DNA of 61,340 bases, filler included, from Hausera hauseri (taxonomy: Eukaryota), in the NCBI GenBank assembly GCA_046269625.1. It is 9 parts of 9 records of this genome, joined end to end, with 100 filler letters (N's around TTAATTAATTAA, not from the genome) between each part and the next. Parts side by side here need not be neighbours in the genome. Positions count along the whole stretch, not along the records: positions 31,859 to 48,326 come from JBJURY010288835.1; positions 48,427 to 56,924 come from JBJURY010622109.1; 7 more parts are not named here. One strand, 5' to 3'. Positions 36,101-49,490 of the stretch are shown here, one piece after another (the stretch's first letter is position 1; every line of letters begins with the position of its first letter). Under the pieces are notes generated by a model. The model saw only the letters and a program-made list of their open reading frames with translations. It did not search any database and was not told the origin of the DNA. The translations under genes and the position numbers were made by a program.

Positions 36101-39100
36101 CGAGCGCATATGCACCTGTCCGACAACTATGTAGAATTTTCCGGAAAAGCAGCAATGAGTAACAGTTTCATCTCCACGGAATGCTTGCAGTTGATGGAGC
36201 TAGCTGGGCCTCATGAGAGGGGCTTCTCTGTGGTGAGACTGGACGGCGTCCGTGTGGCAGTGGCGAACTCCTTCAACTCGGTTCACGGCAAGCTTCATTC
36301 CCCACTCGTGAGGACATAGTGTCGAATACTGAGCCCTTTGTTCCAGGCGTTATTTCTTTGACGACGGCCACTGCAGCAGCAAACTCTGCGCTCCCACTCC
36401 CAGAGTCAGACTTGCCTTTCTGTATGATTGCGCATCTTAAGGTAGGCAGTCATTCAAGTCTTGAAAGACTGGCAACGCTCTCCGCTGGGAACTCTACGCA
36501 GGCGAGACATATTTATTTCGCGAGAGACGAAGACAGAGAGTGAGAACTTGGATGAACAGATCAACTCTTATGAGGGGAAGAAATATGAGCTAACTGTTGA
36601 TGGAAATAACATGCACCCCGGGGTTAAGATCATAACGTGAGGAGAACTAACGCGCCAACAAAAAGCCGTCATTAATGTATTCTACATGTTGCGCGGCTTA
36701 CTTCACATCGCATAATAACTGTTTTGTTTCCAGACAAATACAGACAATTTTGGGTTCTTGGCTTTTTCTTGCATACAAATGTGAGGGTGGCAATCTGGAC
36801 GGAAGTAAAAAGATTGGAGGACTGTATTGAGAGCATGCGAACAGACTGATCTTGTATGTGACCATGATGCGCAAACAGTGTCACATAACTGTTCGAACCT
36901 TCAAACTACAAACCAACAAAGACGTATAATTAGTGCCTAGATGAAGGTGGTGCAGTCACACTCATGAAGTAAATTTTGCCGTCAGCTAAGGGGCGGTTGA
37001 ACTTGGTCATGCTCATTCACCGAAATCAGATACACGATTGAGCACTCATCTACAGCCAAAGAATTACAACAGCACATTATGGCTGCTGTGTGCAAACGTC
37101 TCTAAGGAATGTCAAAAGATCACTTTGTGATCGTCACCGATAGTCTGTAGTACAGGATGCCAAGGACCAACATATGGCTGTGACGCCAAGAGAAAATGCA
37201 AGCTTTCTCCTACAGAACTCGCAGTTACGCAGTCATGCCGACGCCCTCTGAGCTAAGCGAAAAATAACTGCTGTTCACATGCAAGGAGATCTCGGATGAC
37301 AGTGCCATTCGTGAGTCAGTACAGCTCTCCAAAAACCAATGCGCTTATGAAACAAAGAAGAAAAACAAGTTAGATTAAAGCAGAAAAGGCTGAAGAACAG
37401 AAACTGTTGAACAGTAAAATTCTCATGGCACTATGGACAAAAATAAATAGCCGGAAGAGTTGTTGAACGCTGCGGATACACATTTGTAAAACCCCGTGAC
37501 GTGCGTATGGCGTTTGTACCTTTTCAATGATGCTAGAAATGGAGGCAGACAACATATCTATCTTCCAAGGGGCACATGAGCAGTCTTCAGGGACACTTTG
37601 CACAGCTCTACAGATCGTCAAATTAGGTGGGAGTGTTCACACTAAACTTCGCACTGTCCTTGAACAGGACGAGAACTTGCCAGCCATAGTGCCTAGAAAG
37701 GCTTCAATTGTTTACCCAGGCAGGGGCGTGTTCGTTAGTGGCGCTGAATTTGCGACAACTGGCAATGACAGGCCTTCAGGAACAGCAGCTCAAACATTAG
37801 CGGCTGAATTCTTGGCGCCGCCATAGATGCAGTCTTGATGCTATGAGGCACATCAATCATCCTGTGAGCAAGACGCCACGCGCCACGCCCATGAAGAATA
37901 CATCGAGGAATACAGACAGGAAGCCGCATCAACCATAACGAGCACGATGACACTAAACACGGCAGCAGAACAACAGAAAGGTTCTTGTCGCGGCCATGGC
38001 ATTGCTCCAAGCCCCTTGCTTCTCCAAGGCCTTCACCATCTCAGAAATCCCGTTTGTTGCAAACACGTTACAAGACCGAAGCTGAGCAATATCGATGCAG
38101 CTTCTAACAGCGGCCTGTGACACTATGCGGTTTTACTGGTTAAGCGATTCTGCGTGTCCCACTTAGGGTTCACTGTGAGTAACATGATCCTCGGAACTGC
38201 GTAACCGAGCGGAGTTTGATGCACTTCCTCTGTTTGTGTGCAGAGGGAGATGCAGCACCTGTGCGTCGAAGATAGCCCAGTTGAGTGCCCTTTGTCGATT
38301 TTGAACAGTGAGGCGCTGATCCTGCGGGCGTTTGCCTGAGAGTCGCATCACACGCATGCACAGACAAAAACAGGGTGGGGGTCAGACATGATGTGTCTAC
38401 ACTCAAGGGGTTACATGATGAAACCAAGATCCAGCCGCGCACAGTTAAGGAGTATGGCACTTGCTGGCCATCATTTTCATCCTGCATAAAGGACTGTTTA
38501 ACCCTAGGATGATCACCGGCAACAAGCAGGTACAAGGAAAGTGAGAGTACGAAAGAAATGTAAGACGTTTGAGATTAATGAACATTGCTTTGTTGCCCCT
38601 CAAATGCGGTAAACCGTGTGGCCGCTCTGTTGGCGATCAACAGACTGTATAGCATTTGCCTGTCACGTTGGCCATATTAGATCAGCCAACAGAGCAGTCT
38701 CCCCAAAGTAGAGGTTGAACTGGCAATGCGTGACTGTTAAGCTGAAACTAAAATGTTCATTTGTATGCTCTGTAGATGTTGTGAAGGCATGCGACTACAT
38801 TTCTCGTTGGTTGCACTGAATGAGCACATGTCAGCTATGGCGCTTTTCTTAGATTAATGGCATTTCTCAAGGGGAGGCATCGAACTGGCATGGGCAGCAT
38901 GTGTGACAATGAACGATACACTCTACTCATTCCAAACCAAGGTTGGTCGCTAGCAAAGGCCAAGTCGCATCATCAATACTTAACGTTGCATTAGACGCAC
39001 CCGTCCGCCAATTTTGCCGTACATCGCATATTTTATCCTGGTGATTTGGCATTGCCCGCATATTATTCACTCACGCTACAAGTGTATTTTGAAGTGACAT

Positions 39101-41989
39101 ATGAAGCCTTCCTGGGTATGAAGTTTGACATGTCCGCAATGAAAATTCAAGGAAAGGTAATACACACAACAACAAAAGTCGGGAACACGACTCATGACAA
39201 GCATCTAAATAAGGTGAAAACGTTCTCCAGCTGTGAGGCTAATATTCAACGAAGGAGACTCGCTGAACATTGCTAGTCACAGAAATGCTGGGAAATAGCC
39301 ATTCAGAAGGGGAATGGCCGTTGCCCCTTCCGGGAGGGGAAGGTGCAGTCCTCAACGGACGACGGGTCTGATCGAGAAAACGGGATGGAACAGCCAGCAA
39401 GGGCAACAGAAGTCGGAACGCATGCTGAGACACTTCAGTTCCGACATTTAGACCTTCCACAGGGGCAAAAAGTTGGAGGCTCGCGCTTCCCGTCCTTCAA
39501 GCACAACAGCATTTTATACACAAGACACAATCTGTTTATTCAGACTCTCCACTAGCAAGGAGCGGAGGCGCGCTTTCCCACTAGGAAATAAGGTAAATAA
39601 ACAGCAAGCTGCGATCATTGCAGAGCCTCAAAGATAAAAACTTTCACGAACAGACACAAAGGAAAAAAAAACAGTCTGACAAGGAATTCAAAAAAGGCGT
39701 TTAATCGCCCTTCAAACACATAACAATTGCCAAGAATGTTGTCCCTTAGTTGTTAAAAACAAGCAGATAGAACATGCAAGCTCATTCAAAGATTTGTGTA
39801 TATACACACATTAGGGTCAAATAATCTATGACATCCAGAGGATTCAACTGTGTAAAGGTGATTCAACTCTGCAGTTAGCTTCGCCATGCGTTTTGCAATA
39901 AACGCGCGCGAGTGAAGACAGCGGTTCATATATGCAATGCGACACTCAATCGCGCAGCGGTGCTCGGATGACAAATTGGAGACACTTATGGGATGAGTGC
40001 GGGGAGGATCGACAAGCACACAACGATACTTCCTTTGCTGTCAGACAAAAATACTCAGAATGAGCAATACTGCGTCAGGAAATTAACATCTTCCTGCACC
40101 TCTAGCTCTTGAGAAAGCTCACAGCACATCAATCACGCATACACGTGATAGCCAAACACCGCATACAATTCACCCAAAGGTTTCTACAACACACACCCAG
40201 AAATTTCTTCTCACTACACAGCTGTTTATGAATGAGGCTAATATAATTGGCGCATTAGATTCTCAATAGTTTACCTTCTCTCTTCAATAATAAGAGATTC
40301 TAAAACTATGTATACCACAATGAAAACAAGAATGGAGGGTGAAATAGAATGGAAGACCCAAGCCGAACGTTTATGAGGACACTACAAACACGAACGATAG
40401 ACAACACACTGTGTTTCTGGCGTGGACAACAGTCCGTAGAAAAAGCAAGATCAAAATGGTGTGAAGGGTAACAATCCGCAACCACACATCAGCCGCTAAC
40501 GCGTTCATCATCCAATAGATACCAAGAAAGACGGCATTTCACGGAACATCGCAGAAGGCAATGGGACGAAACAGTTGGATTATTTCACTTCCTAGTAAGA
40601 TCACCTTGAGAACAAGCTTTTGTTTCTTCTGTTAGATTTACCCTACGGACATCGCAAGCCTATGATACTAAAAACTTCATTCGAGAAGACACGAAGAATT
40701 GCAGATAAACAACAAAAGTCAAGACAATGCGTCTCATTGCATATGAAAAAACACAGTATAACATCAGCAGGTTACAATATGGAAAAGACTTTATTGTAGT
40801 AAAACCAAATTTGTCCTTGTATTTTATTTATCTTCTGTTGCTTTTTTACGGCTTTCTTGCTTTCTGGTGCGCAAGAATGTTCACATAAAAGATGTTATTT
40901 CTTATCCGACTACATCTCTGAGTTAATTCGTGTTTGCGAAAGTTTTCATAACTAACCAAGTATCCTGGTTCAGATTACCGGTTGAATGCAAACTGTTTTA
41001 AAAAACTGTGGATCGCTGATTCTGTTTGATGTTACTGTACCTGTGTCAGGGCGACAATCCACTAAGGTAGAGCAGAGATGAAAAAAAATAAAAAAAGCAG
41101 GATAAATAGACAAAAAAAAAAAAAAAAAAGAGCAAAATAATGTGAAACTGCGCACAAGCATCACTCCCGGGATACTGCTACTTGTCTGGCCATTTTCTTA
41201 CTGCATTCACGAATGTTGATGATACCCCGACATGTGTTCATATCCTATACAATTACTGCAGTGATCCCATTTGCTTCGCTCTGTGGCTCTAACCATGATG
41301 CATGTTTCTGCATAAAAGGTCCTTCCATTCCATCCATTAGGTCAATTTATTGGGAAAAGTAAAATAATCCATATAAATACCGCATTTTGACTTGGAAAGC
41401 ATTCAAATACTTCTCATCCTGTCCATTCCACGGATTCTACTGAGAAAGGCACACATAAAAAATAGAACCCTACTGAAGCGTTCATATACTATCCGATCGA
41501 GAAAACAAAAGTAAAAGAGATAAATGTGCATAAATATTAGTAAATACTAAGGAATAAATATAGGATTAATAATCTGAAACCACTAAACAATAACCAAACC
41601 ATTAGAGTGCGGCGCGCCTCATCAGACCTGACATGATTTCTTGATGGATTACTCGAGCCCTTATTATCAGTGGCATTATTTATTTCTTCTATCATCAAAG
41701 AGAATATGATCTTTCGTGATTATGATGACGATACGGATCGGCAATTGTGTGATTGCTCTCTGCTTGGTCCCGCGATCAAGATTCAGCTGATACAACATCG
41801 TCGTTAATCGCCTGAAGTGCAAATGGGAGCAAATGAAACCCATACTGGCCATCTATACGTAGGTTCAGATAGCAGCAAGAATGCCTGTGATGCCCATCAG
41901 AATTGTTAGATGCATTGCAACTGTCAATAGCTCTACAAATGATATCGTTGTCATCGCATGTGTTGTTGTTGTCGTCACAAAAAATTTTT

Positions 41990-42260
41990 CATCCTGCTGC
42001 CGTGTTATGGAGTGTACAGTTCCATGTTACAAGAGTAAATAACACATGCCAATACCCATCTCTAGTCTCAGCGAACACTTCTTGAACAATGTTCTGCACA
42101 GTGGCCGTTTTCATAACCGCACTGAGGGAGAAGTGCTACGCTGTTGCCAACATAGAAGTCGACATATGGAACAGGAAAATTAATGTTGCTTCCGTTCGGT
42201 AACAGAGCACTTCCATCAGTTTGTGAAAAGGGAATGATAGTGTACTTAATATCATTATTA
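41990..42260 (-). pseudogene. Agmatine deiminase/PAD-family C-terminal fragment
   Basis: PVPYVDFYVGNSVALLPQCG resembles ASYVNFYIAN..IILPQFG. After a frameshift, HGTVHSITRQQ resembles GGNIHCITQQ, with the catalytic Cys replaced by Ser. Confidence 0.65.
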
Positions 42261-42789
42261 TTTGCGACGGCGCACAACGTCTTGATATCCGCCTCTGGCC
42301 GGCGCATTAATGAAAGCTTTTTTTCACCCATTGAAAGAGTTGTCGTTGAATTAATGAAACGGACTGCTCCCACACGAGAGGCCTCCACGCAGCGGGGTCG
42401 GGCAGCATTCTTTGGGCGCTGGCGAATTCGTCGAACCTGGTTCTGGGATGGGTTCGCTTCACAGCTGTGGTGATGTTGAGCTCAACTCTGGGCTCTTAAT
42501 CATGGAGGGCGCTTCGGCGTCGATGGAGACCGTGACATGCCCGCACGCCTCAGAGTTTACAGATTGCGTGCTTCAACATACGCGGACTGGCGAATACTGA
42601 AAAGCGTGCCGCGCTAGTCGCTGAAATGTCCATGCGTGCGATTGATATTTTGATAATTGGAGGGACGAGGACAACGAAGAAACTAACAAAACAACGCTTG
42701 AAATCACACAGAAATGAATACTTTGACATGACCATCAGTAGAGATAGCCGATACTAAGGTGTAGGAATCATTACTCGCTCGGAGCTCAG

Positions 42790-43935
42790 TGAGCCTGAAG
42801 GTCTTCGAGGATGGCATGTGACTGGCATTCAAACAATATCTGAGCGCCTTCGGCAATGCCAACTAACTGGACATGGACAGAAGTTCATGTTAATTGGCAC
42901 GTACGTCCCCACGAATGTTAAATTGACAGTATGGAAACGGAATCTGATTGAAGTAGAACAGTTGCTCAGCACGTCATCAGCCGCTCTAATTATGGGGGAT
43001 TTTAATGCCCGCATAGCGCTCAATAACTGCCCGAAGGTACAGCATACCAACCAGCGGGGACAGTTACTGACTGACAAGATAACGGAGCTCGGACTAATTC
43101 TTGGGAGCAATGCGTGCAGACAACAAAAGAAGCGATGCCTTTAGTTCTGCGCAGGGTATATGGAATGTTCTACTATAGACCATGCCATTTTCACACTAAA
43201 CATTATTCAATTTAGTCAAAAAACTAGATACCAGACATTCTACACCATTTCTATAGATCATAGAGCGGTAATCACGACTCTCTATGTTCAGAAACTGCAC
43301 GCTGGTAAATCGCATCCTCCGGGACTCTCCCGGAAAGAAGCCTTTCCAACAAGACTAGAACCAACATTGGAAATTGACAACACATGGGAGCGACTTCTGC
43401 AACAAGCGCTAAAGACACAGAATAATCCGGAAGGACAGAAAATAAAAAGAGGTTTCACCCGTATATATCGGAGAGCACATGGATGCTTATTCGCAAACTA
43501 AGTTTTGGACGCAAATATAGGAAAAACGTTCAAGAGAAACAGGTTTGTAATAAACTGAGACAGCGGATACGGGCATCGATAACAGCAGACCGTCGCAATT
43601 GGTTGGATACTCTAGCTGCTGAACCAGAGAAACATTTAATACACGGAAGCACTCACCTTGCATTCAAAACACTCAGACAATTGTATAATAAGCGAGAGCA
43701 GCAATAGTTGGCTACGGAGGAAGATCTCGCGAACCTTAGGAAGCATTTCACCGATTTATTTACGCCAGGCGAATGGGCTGGCACAATTGACACTCAACCG
43801 CAACCGGGGCTGAGTACAGAGCAATGCTCTGGATGCCCATGGGAGGAGCGGTGGATAGACAACGGTCAATCCACCATGGTGATTTATTCCGACGGCAGCG
43901 AACACAATCAAGTAGCCGGTTTTGGATTAGCTTGC
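42790..43935 (+). mobile_element. Degenerate non-LTR retrotransposon: AP endonuclease, linker and an RNase H-like start
   Basis: LIGTYVPT, LIMGDFNARI, TNQRGQLL, STIDHAIF and IDHRAV (APE motifs); helical linker ending LRKHFTDLF; then VIYSDGS..AGFG (RNase HI-like N-terminal motif). Confidence 0.75.
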
Positions 43936-44289
43936 AAATATACACGCCTACAAGAAAGAGCCGAAATAACTTCTTTAGGACAGAACCTCATAACTTGTTT
44001 GCGAATGGATATCAAACGAGAACGGATGCTCAACACATTGGAAGTTACGACATTATCAACACCGACAACGATTAATTTGGATAATCCTCTTCAGGAGGAA
44101 GACGCTTCTATCGAGAACAGAACTAGATTATCAGAAAAGACAACAATACTTGGACTTAGCGACCGCATTGAACAGAGGACGGGCCTCTTTGTTTCTTCCA
44201 TTCTTTGGAAGAACAACAACTCTCAGGGACACAAAACTTATTAGAACTAGTTCCATTATATTGCGTTGCATCTTGTTTTATATTTTAAG

Positions 44290-44364
44290 GCCCGGTTGCA
44301 GAGAGGAAACATCCTCTTGAAGCAGGGAAACGCACAAGAGGCCAGAGAGGACTTTGAAACAGTG
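44290..44364 (+). CDS. dnajc3: Single 75-bp exon of a vertebrate (teleost-like) DnaJC3/P58IPK TPR co-chaperone
   Basis: tttaag|...|gtgag boundaries. Encodes ARLQRGNILLKQGNAQEAREDFETV, matching the DNAJC3 segment ARLQRGHLLLKQG..EA..DF..V. Confidence 0.8.
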
Positions 44365-44465
44365 GTGAGCTCTAATTTTGTATTTTTTACAGGAGAAATA
44401 TTTGATTTTTGACAGATTTTTTATTTTATAATGTATTTGGTATTCAACACCATTTTGACAATGAA

Positions 44466-47400
44466 TGTTACAAAATTTTTAGTTTCTGATATTTAGATCT
44501 ATGTATAATTTAGCATGAATACAAGATTTTCTAGTATATTTTCTGAAAAACTAAAATCAACCATACATTGCAAGTTAAATTTTTTTCTCACATTAAAATG
44601 ATAAAAATGTTATGCTGTATGTGGAATATTTAATTTGTTTAAATATCCCTAATTGTGATAAACAATAATATATTTTTTGGAAACTTATACTATTTGAAAT
44701 TCAGCAGTGGTGTCAAGAGCAGAAATTAAGACTGATGTTGGGAATCACTAGTCAAAATTACTGGAAGTTATCCCGAATAAAATTCTGAAAAGGGACTCAG
44801 TTATAACGCCGAGAATCTTCAAAGAAGGAAACAGTGCTGACCAATTTTTGGAACTGCATGGATGCATTTATGCCGCAGCTTGAGATATCGGAAGAAACAC
44901 AGTCTGATTTTTTCGTGAAGTACTTAGAAGATATTCAATGCTTTGTGAAATTGCAGTGGGGTTACGGCCAAAATCATCAGAATTTCGAATGGCTCAAGGA
45001 AACTTTTCCAAAATTATATGGTCAGAAAAGCTCAGATATTTAATCGTGGATGAAATTATTTGCCATTTGACAACAGAATGGTCAAGCAACGAAGGCGTTC
45101 ATGAAGGAAGTAAGAAGTCGTTGTTTAAGGAAATACCGAAGTTGACTTCTGAGGAAAGAGAGCCGAAAACTCTTCAGAGTTTTATAAATGTCCTTATTAA
45201 TGGCAACGTTCAGAAGGCCCTAGAAATTTTGAAGCCTAAAACCCTGGGTGAAGCATTCGATATGATAAAAAGGAATGTGAAACTCAGGAAATTCCGCCGA
45301 CATTAAACGTTCTGGCCGCGAATGACGAAATACGCATGCTTAGTACTGAAATATCTGAAGGGAACAAACGTATTAGCTCGTTGCATGAAACTCAAAATAC
45401 TGCAGCGAGAAATGCAAGTGAGTCAGTAGTCATACGATAGTAGAAAGAACAGCTCCATCAGTGAAAAAGGCGGATACTGGAATTGTGGGAGTAACAGTCG
45501 CATTCTGAGGAACTGTAAAATGTCTTTGGTTTGCAAGAAATATAACAAGAAGGGACATATAGAGAAATTTTGTCGAAACGAAAAACGTAAATCAGTTCAC
45601 GTGGTCGAGTCTGCTAGTATATGAAGTAATGAAAGTGAAAGAGATACGGGAACAAGTATTTTTCATATTTCAAATGCCAAGAAGTCATACGCCAAAGTGG
45701 TGAAAGAGAATGTAACGACCCGAAACCAAGAAAATCCTATTGCAGCGAAGAAAAGAACACCAACTCTAAAAGATCGGAGAAAACCAGTTTGCTACGGGTA
45801 GATCAACGGTAACAACGAAAAAATCTTACTAGACACATGAACCGAAGTGAAGGCTATCAGCAAAGACGTGCAGAAATAAGTTTAAAGGCTCAGATAACAC
45901 GTTGAAAACGCGACAGTCATCCATAAAAGTGTAGTGCGTTGATGGATTTACATTGCACGTACGTGCGGAAGTGTTCCTGATTGTTGAATTAGGTGCTAAA
46001 GTGAAAATCTGTAATTTCTTAGTTGTGGATGGTCTGAATTCTGGCATATGTCTTGGGTTTAATATCGATCTCGAGAATAATGTCGTTAATAGTGGCGCAA
46101 TTTTTGTTCCCTTTATGTCTAAGGTGAATGCAGACATAACAGTCCCAATAAATCAGTCAAACTAAAAGGGCGCTGTTTGAGGAGTCGGAAGCACTATATG
46201 CTTTGTGAGGCTCAGGCTGTAGCAGTTGCAGTTACAGACGAAACAACCGAAATTTTATCCACATTTCAATGTATGGATTACAGCATTAGAGAAAGAATTT
46301 AGAGATGTATTTAGTTTGTCTAAATATGATATAGGATTGACCGGAGGGAATGTTTAATATATTTGGATGATATATTAGTTTTTGGAAAGACATAGGAGTA
46401 ACATCTTTACAGGCTGCGAAATATGCTAACCAAAATCAAAGAAGCTGACTTAAGATGCACCATCAAAGTGCCATTTCTTTGCAAATGATGTAAAGTACCT
46501 AGGCCATAGAATGTCATCTAGTGGGATTTCTACGGATTAGGATAAAATCAAGTGCATCTAAGATTGACCACAACCAGAGTCTCGGGAACAGATGAGGAAA
46601 TTTCTTGGACTTTGCTGATACTATCGAAATTACATTGAAGATTACGCCAAAATTGTTGCGCCATTGGAAGAGCATGTGAAGACATTTGGAATAAAACAAG
46701 GAGTAGAAAAATTCATCCGTTGCAATGGTCAAATTATATGCTCAACACTTTCCTTCATATAATACAAGTTTTAACAACAGCTCCAATTTTGTCAATTTTA
46801 AATAGCCATTATCATTTTATTTTGGATGCGGATGCATACGATAATACTATTGGATGTGCAGTTTCTAAAGTTCAAAGTGGAGATGAAATTGTCTACAGCA
46901 GAAAACCACTATTGTGTGACAAGAAAAAAGTTACTAAGTGTCCATAAGTACACAAAAATGTTTAAATGCTCTTTGTTTGGAAGAAGATTTGTCATAAGAA
47001 CAGATCGCAGGGCTCTATGCTAGATGATGAATAGCAAAACACCAAGTACAAGACAATGTACTTCATGGCTCAATGAGTTAAGTGTTTTCGGTATGGATAT
47101 CCAATACAGGAAATATGAAGAACATAAGAATGCAGATGGTCTATCCCGAGCCCCTGAACAATTTCAACAATGTTCAATGAATCACGAGAAGCCTAAGGCA
47201 AAACGAAATGTGAAATACTACAATAAAAATCAAAATGATAAAAAACCGTTGCCTAGTGCAAGCGTATAGTAATGGAAGAAGAGAACGTCTTTCAGATGGA
47301 TGATAATGATAATCTTGCGTTTATAATCAAACCAATGAAAGACAAAAACATTGAAGCTCAGTATCCAGGAGAATTCAAAAATGCAGACAGACGCTGTGTC

Positions 47401-48114
47401 GAAATCGGAAGGACTTGCGATTTAGAGATTTGCTGTATACAATTCGCCATGGAGACTATAAACCCCTATTGCCAAAAATTAGGGGTATGAAACCGTCGAC
47501 CATGCTCATACATGGACATATGGGAGTCAGAAAAACGACAGCACGTTTAAAGGAGAGATTCTACTGGCTAGGTATGTCTTTTGATATTAAAATAAGAATG
47601 AGAAAATGTAAATAGTGTCAAATGTGTAAAAATCAACGACCAGACAAAAATAGGGCACATGGATCCTTAAATGTTAGGTATCCCTTTGAAACAATATCCA
47701 TCGATGTAACGGGACCTCTTCCAGAAAGCAGAAATCGATGTAGATATATTTTGGGTATCATCGATAAATTTTCAAAATACCCTATGCTTATCCCTTTGAA
47801 GAATGACTGCCAAAAAGATATGTAAATATATATTCAACAAGTGGATTTCAATGTGGAATCCCTGATAGGATACATTCTAATAGGGGTACTTTCTTCGAGA
47901 ACGAGATCATACATGAGCTATGTGTACTTCTCGGAATAAGAAAATTCCGCAGCTCACCATACTATTCTCAGGGTGACGGAGTGGTTGAAAGATTATTCGG
48001 CACAGTGAAAGATATGCATTACGCAACAGCAAAGTCATCTAATTGTGAGTGAGACGAAGCAATTCCCATTGTTGAATTCGGAATGAGAAATACCATTTGT
48101 AGAAGTACTAGATT
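44466..48114 (+). mobile_element. Degenerate Ty3/gypsy element: probable 5' LTR (~44466-44706), PBS, gag, protease, deleted RT, RNase H, integrase
   Basis: ...CAGCA then TGGTGTCAAG at 44708. Two eroded Zn knuckles (~45475-45575), LLDT* protease, an RT that jumps from DIGLT straight to YLDDILVFG, RNase H ILDADAYDNTIG, and integrase HGHMGVRKT..FYW..C..C and SIDVTGPLP. Confidence 0.9.
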
Positions 48115-48326
48115 CTGGTGTTAACTTTTCAATGAGTAACTACAAACGACCCAATTCTGCTTCTGCGGATATACCAGTGGGCGGGGATTTTTCAACCCTC
48201 TCCAAGCTGGGCGACGATGTAGATAGCGTGGATGCGCACGCAGCCAACATGGCGACTTACGCCACAATGGACATTTTCGCCAACCAGTTGTTGCCCAACA
48301 AATTTAAGAAAGGAGACCACGTGGAG
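48115..48326 (+). mobile_element. PBS plus gag start of a second gypsy family (same family as 347-480)
   Basis: TGGTGTTAAC followed by an ORF, MSNYKRP...MATYATMDIFANQLLPNKFKKGDHVE, open to the contig end. Confidence 0.6.
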
Positions 48327-48426
48327 NNNNNNNNNNNNNNNNNNNNNNNNNNNNNNNNNNNNNNNNNNNNTTAATTAATTAANNNNNNNNNNNNNNNNNN
48401 NNNNNNNNNNNNNNNNNNNNNNNNNN

Positions 48427-49490
48427 TCGGACTGGCTGGAGGAGAATCTTTCCCATAGATTGACTACAGAGTATGAAAAATGTCCTCAGAACCTCCTCTA
48501 CCCTTAATGCCAGAGCTATCCTGTAATATTTGACTGAAAAAACAAGAATCTCTTGAGAGAAGTGTCCAAAAAAGATGTAATCTACTCAAAAAGGTGTGAG
48601 CCATGTTAAACTGCTCAACAAAAAAAAAGAGTGCAAAGTGCAAAGATAAGTCACGGTTTAGCAAATGACTGATTTTACAACGTTATATACTCCCAATAGG
48701 CTAGTATGTTGGGTTTTCTGTCTGATTCAGCAACCAAGTTTAAAGACTACCTCAGTGGTTTTCACGACTCCAGGCTGTCTTTGTTTAGCTCGCCAACATT
48801 TAAACTGGTCAAACCTGGTCTGAATTATTCCACACTAAACAGATACGTCTTAAAACACATTTTGTGGTTTAGAAAAACAACTTTTACTGTGTTGTTGGAA
48901 ATATGGTGTCTAATCAATGTAGAATTAGCTTGAGCCTTTTTGTAGCTTCCACAATTCATTTGATTTCAGGCTTGAAAATAGGTAACTTCAAAACATTTCC
49001 AAACTTACAAACTAGGGGTGGGTGTTAAAGATTATGATAAAAAACATCAAATTATGTAAAATTATATCGATTAATCTGTACAAAATACTTTTATAAACTC
49101 ATTTGTTCCTTGCTAATGCTAACTGATTTGCATATGCTGTATGTAGCTAGCCACGTAGCAATATAATATTCATTTTATATTTTCAGACAAACTAAACACT
49201 AGTTTATTTTATGTATCGATCTGTAATACACAGATTTTGCTAATGTTAATGTTTCATACTAGCAAAAATTATTAGCATTAGCTACTAGTTTGACACGTAC
49301 CAAACTAGCAAAAGAAATGTTTAACAATCCTGTCACAATCTAAATTTCAGACAAAATTAATGAATAGATCATATTGTTATACCATAAAACAAATTTTCAC
49401 CTTACAAATGCTAATTTTTTGCAACAAGCAAGAAAAGTAGTTAGCCAGCTAATTAAGATTTTATCCAAACATAAATATTTTCAGAATAAA
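48427..49490. other. Non-coding, probably teleost-derived DNA
   Basis: Repeated gctaatgctaac / ttagcattagct / tagctagc motifs, common in teleost repeats. No ORF with recognisable motifs. Confidence 0.4.

Noticed and set aside
44290-44364. Horizontal transfer of a fish dnajc3 exon into a parasite genome
   Set aside because: Not claimed. Host DNA is present elsewhere in the window and a chimeric contig is the simpler explanation until reads say otherwise.
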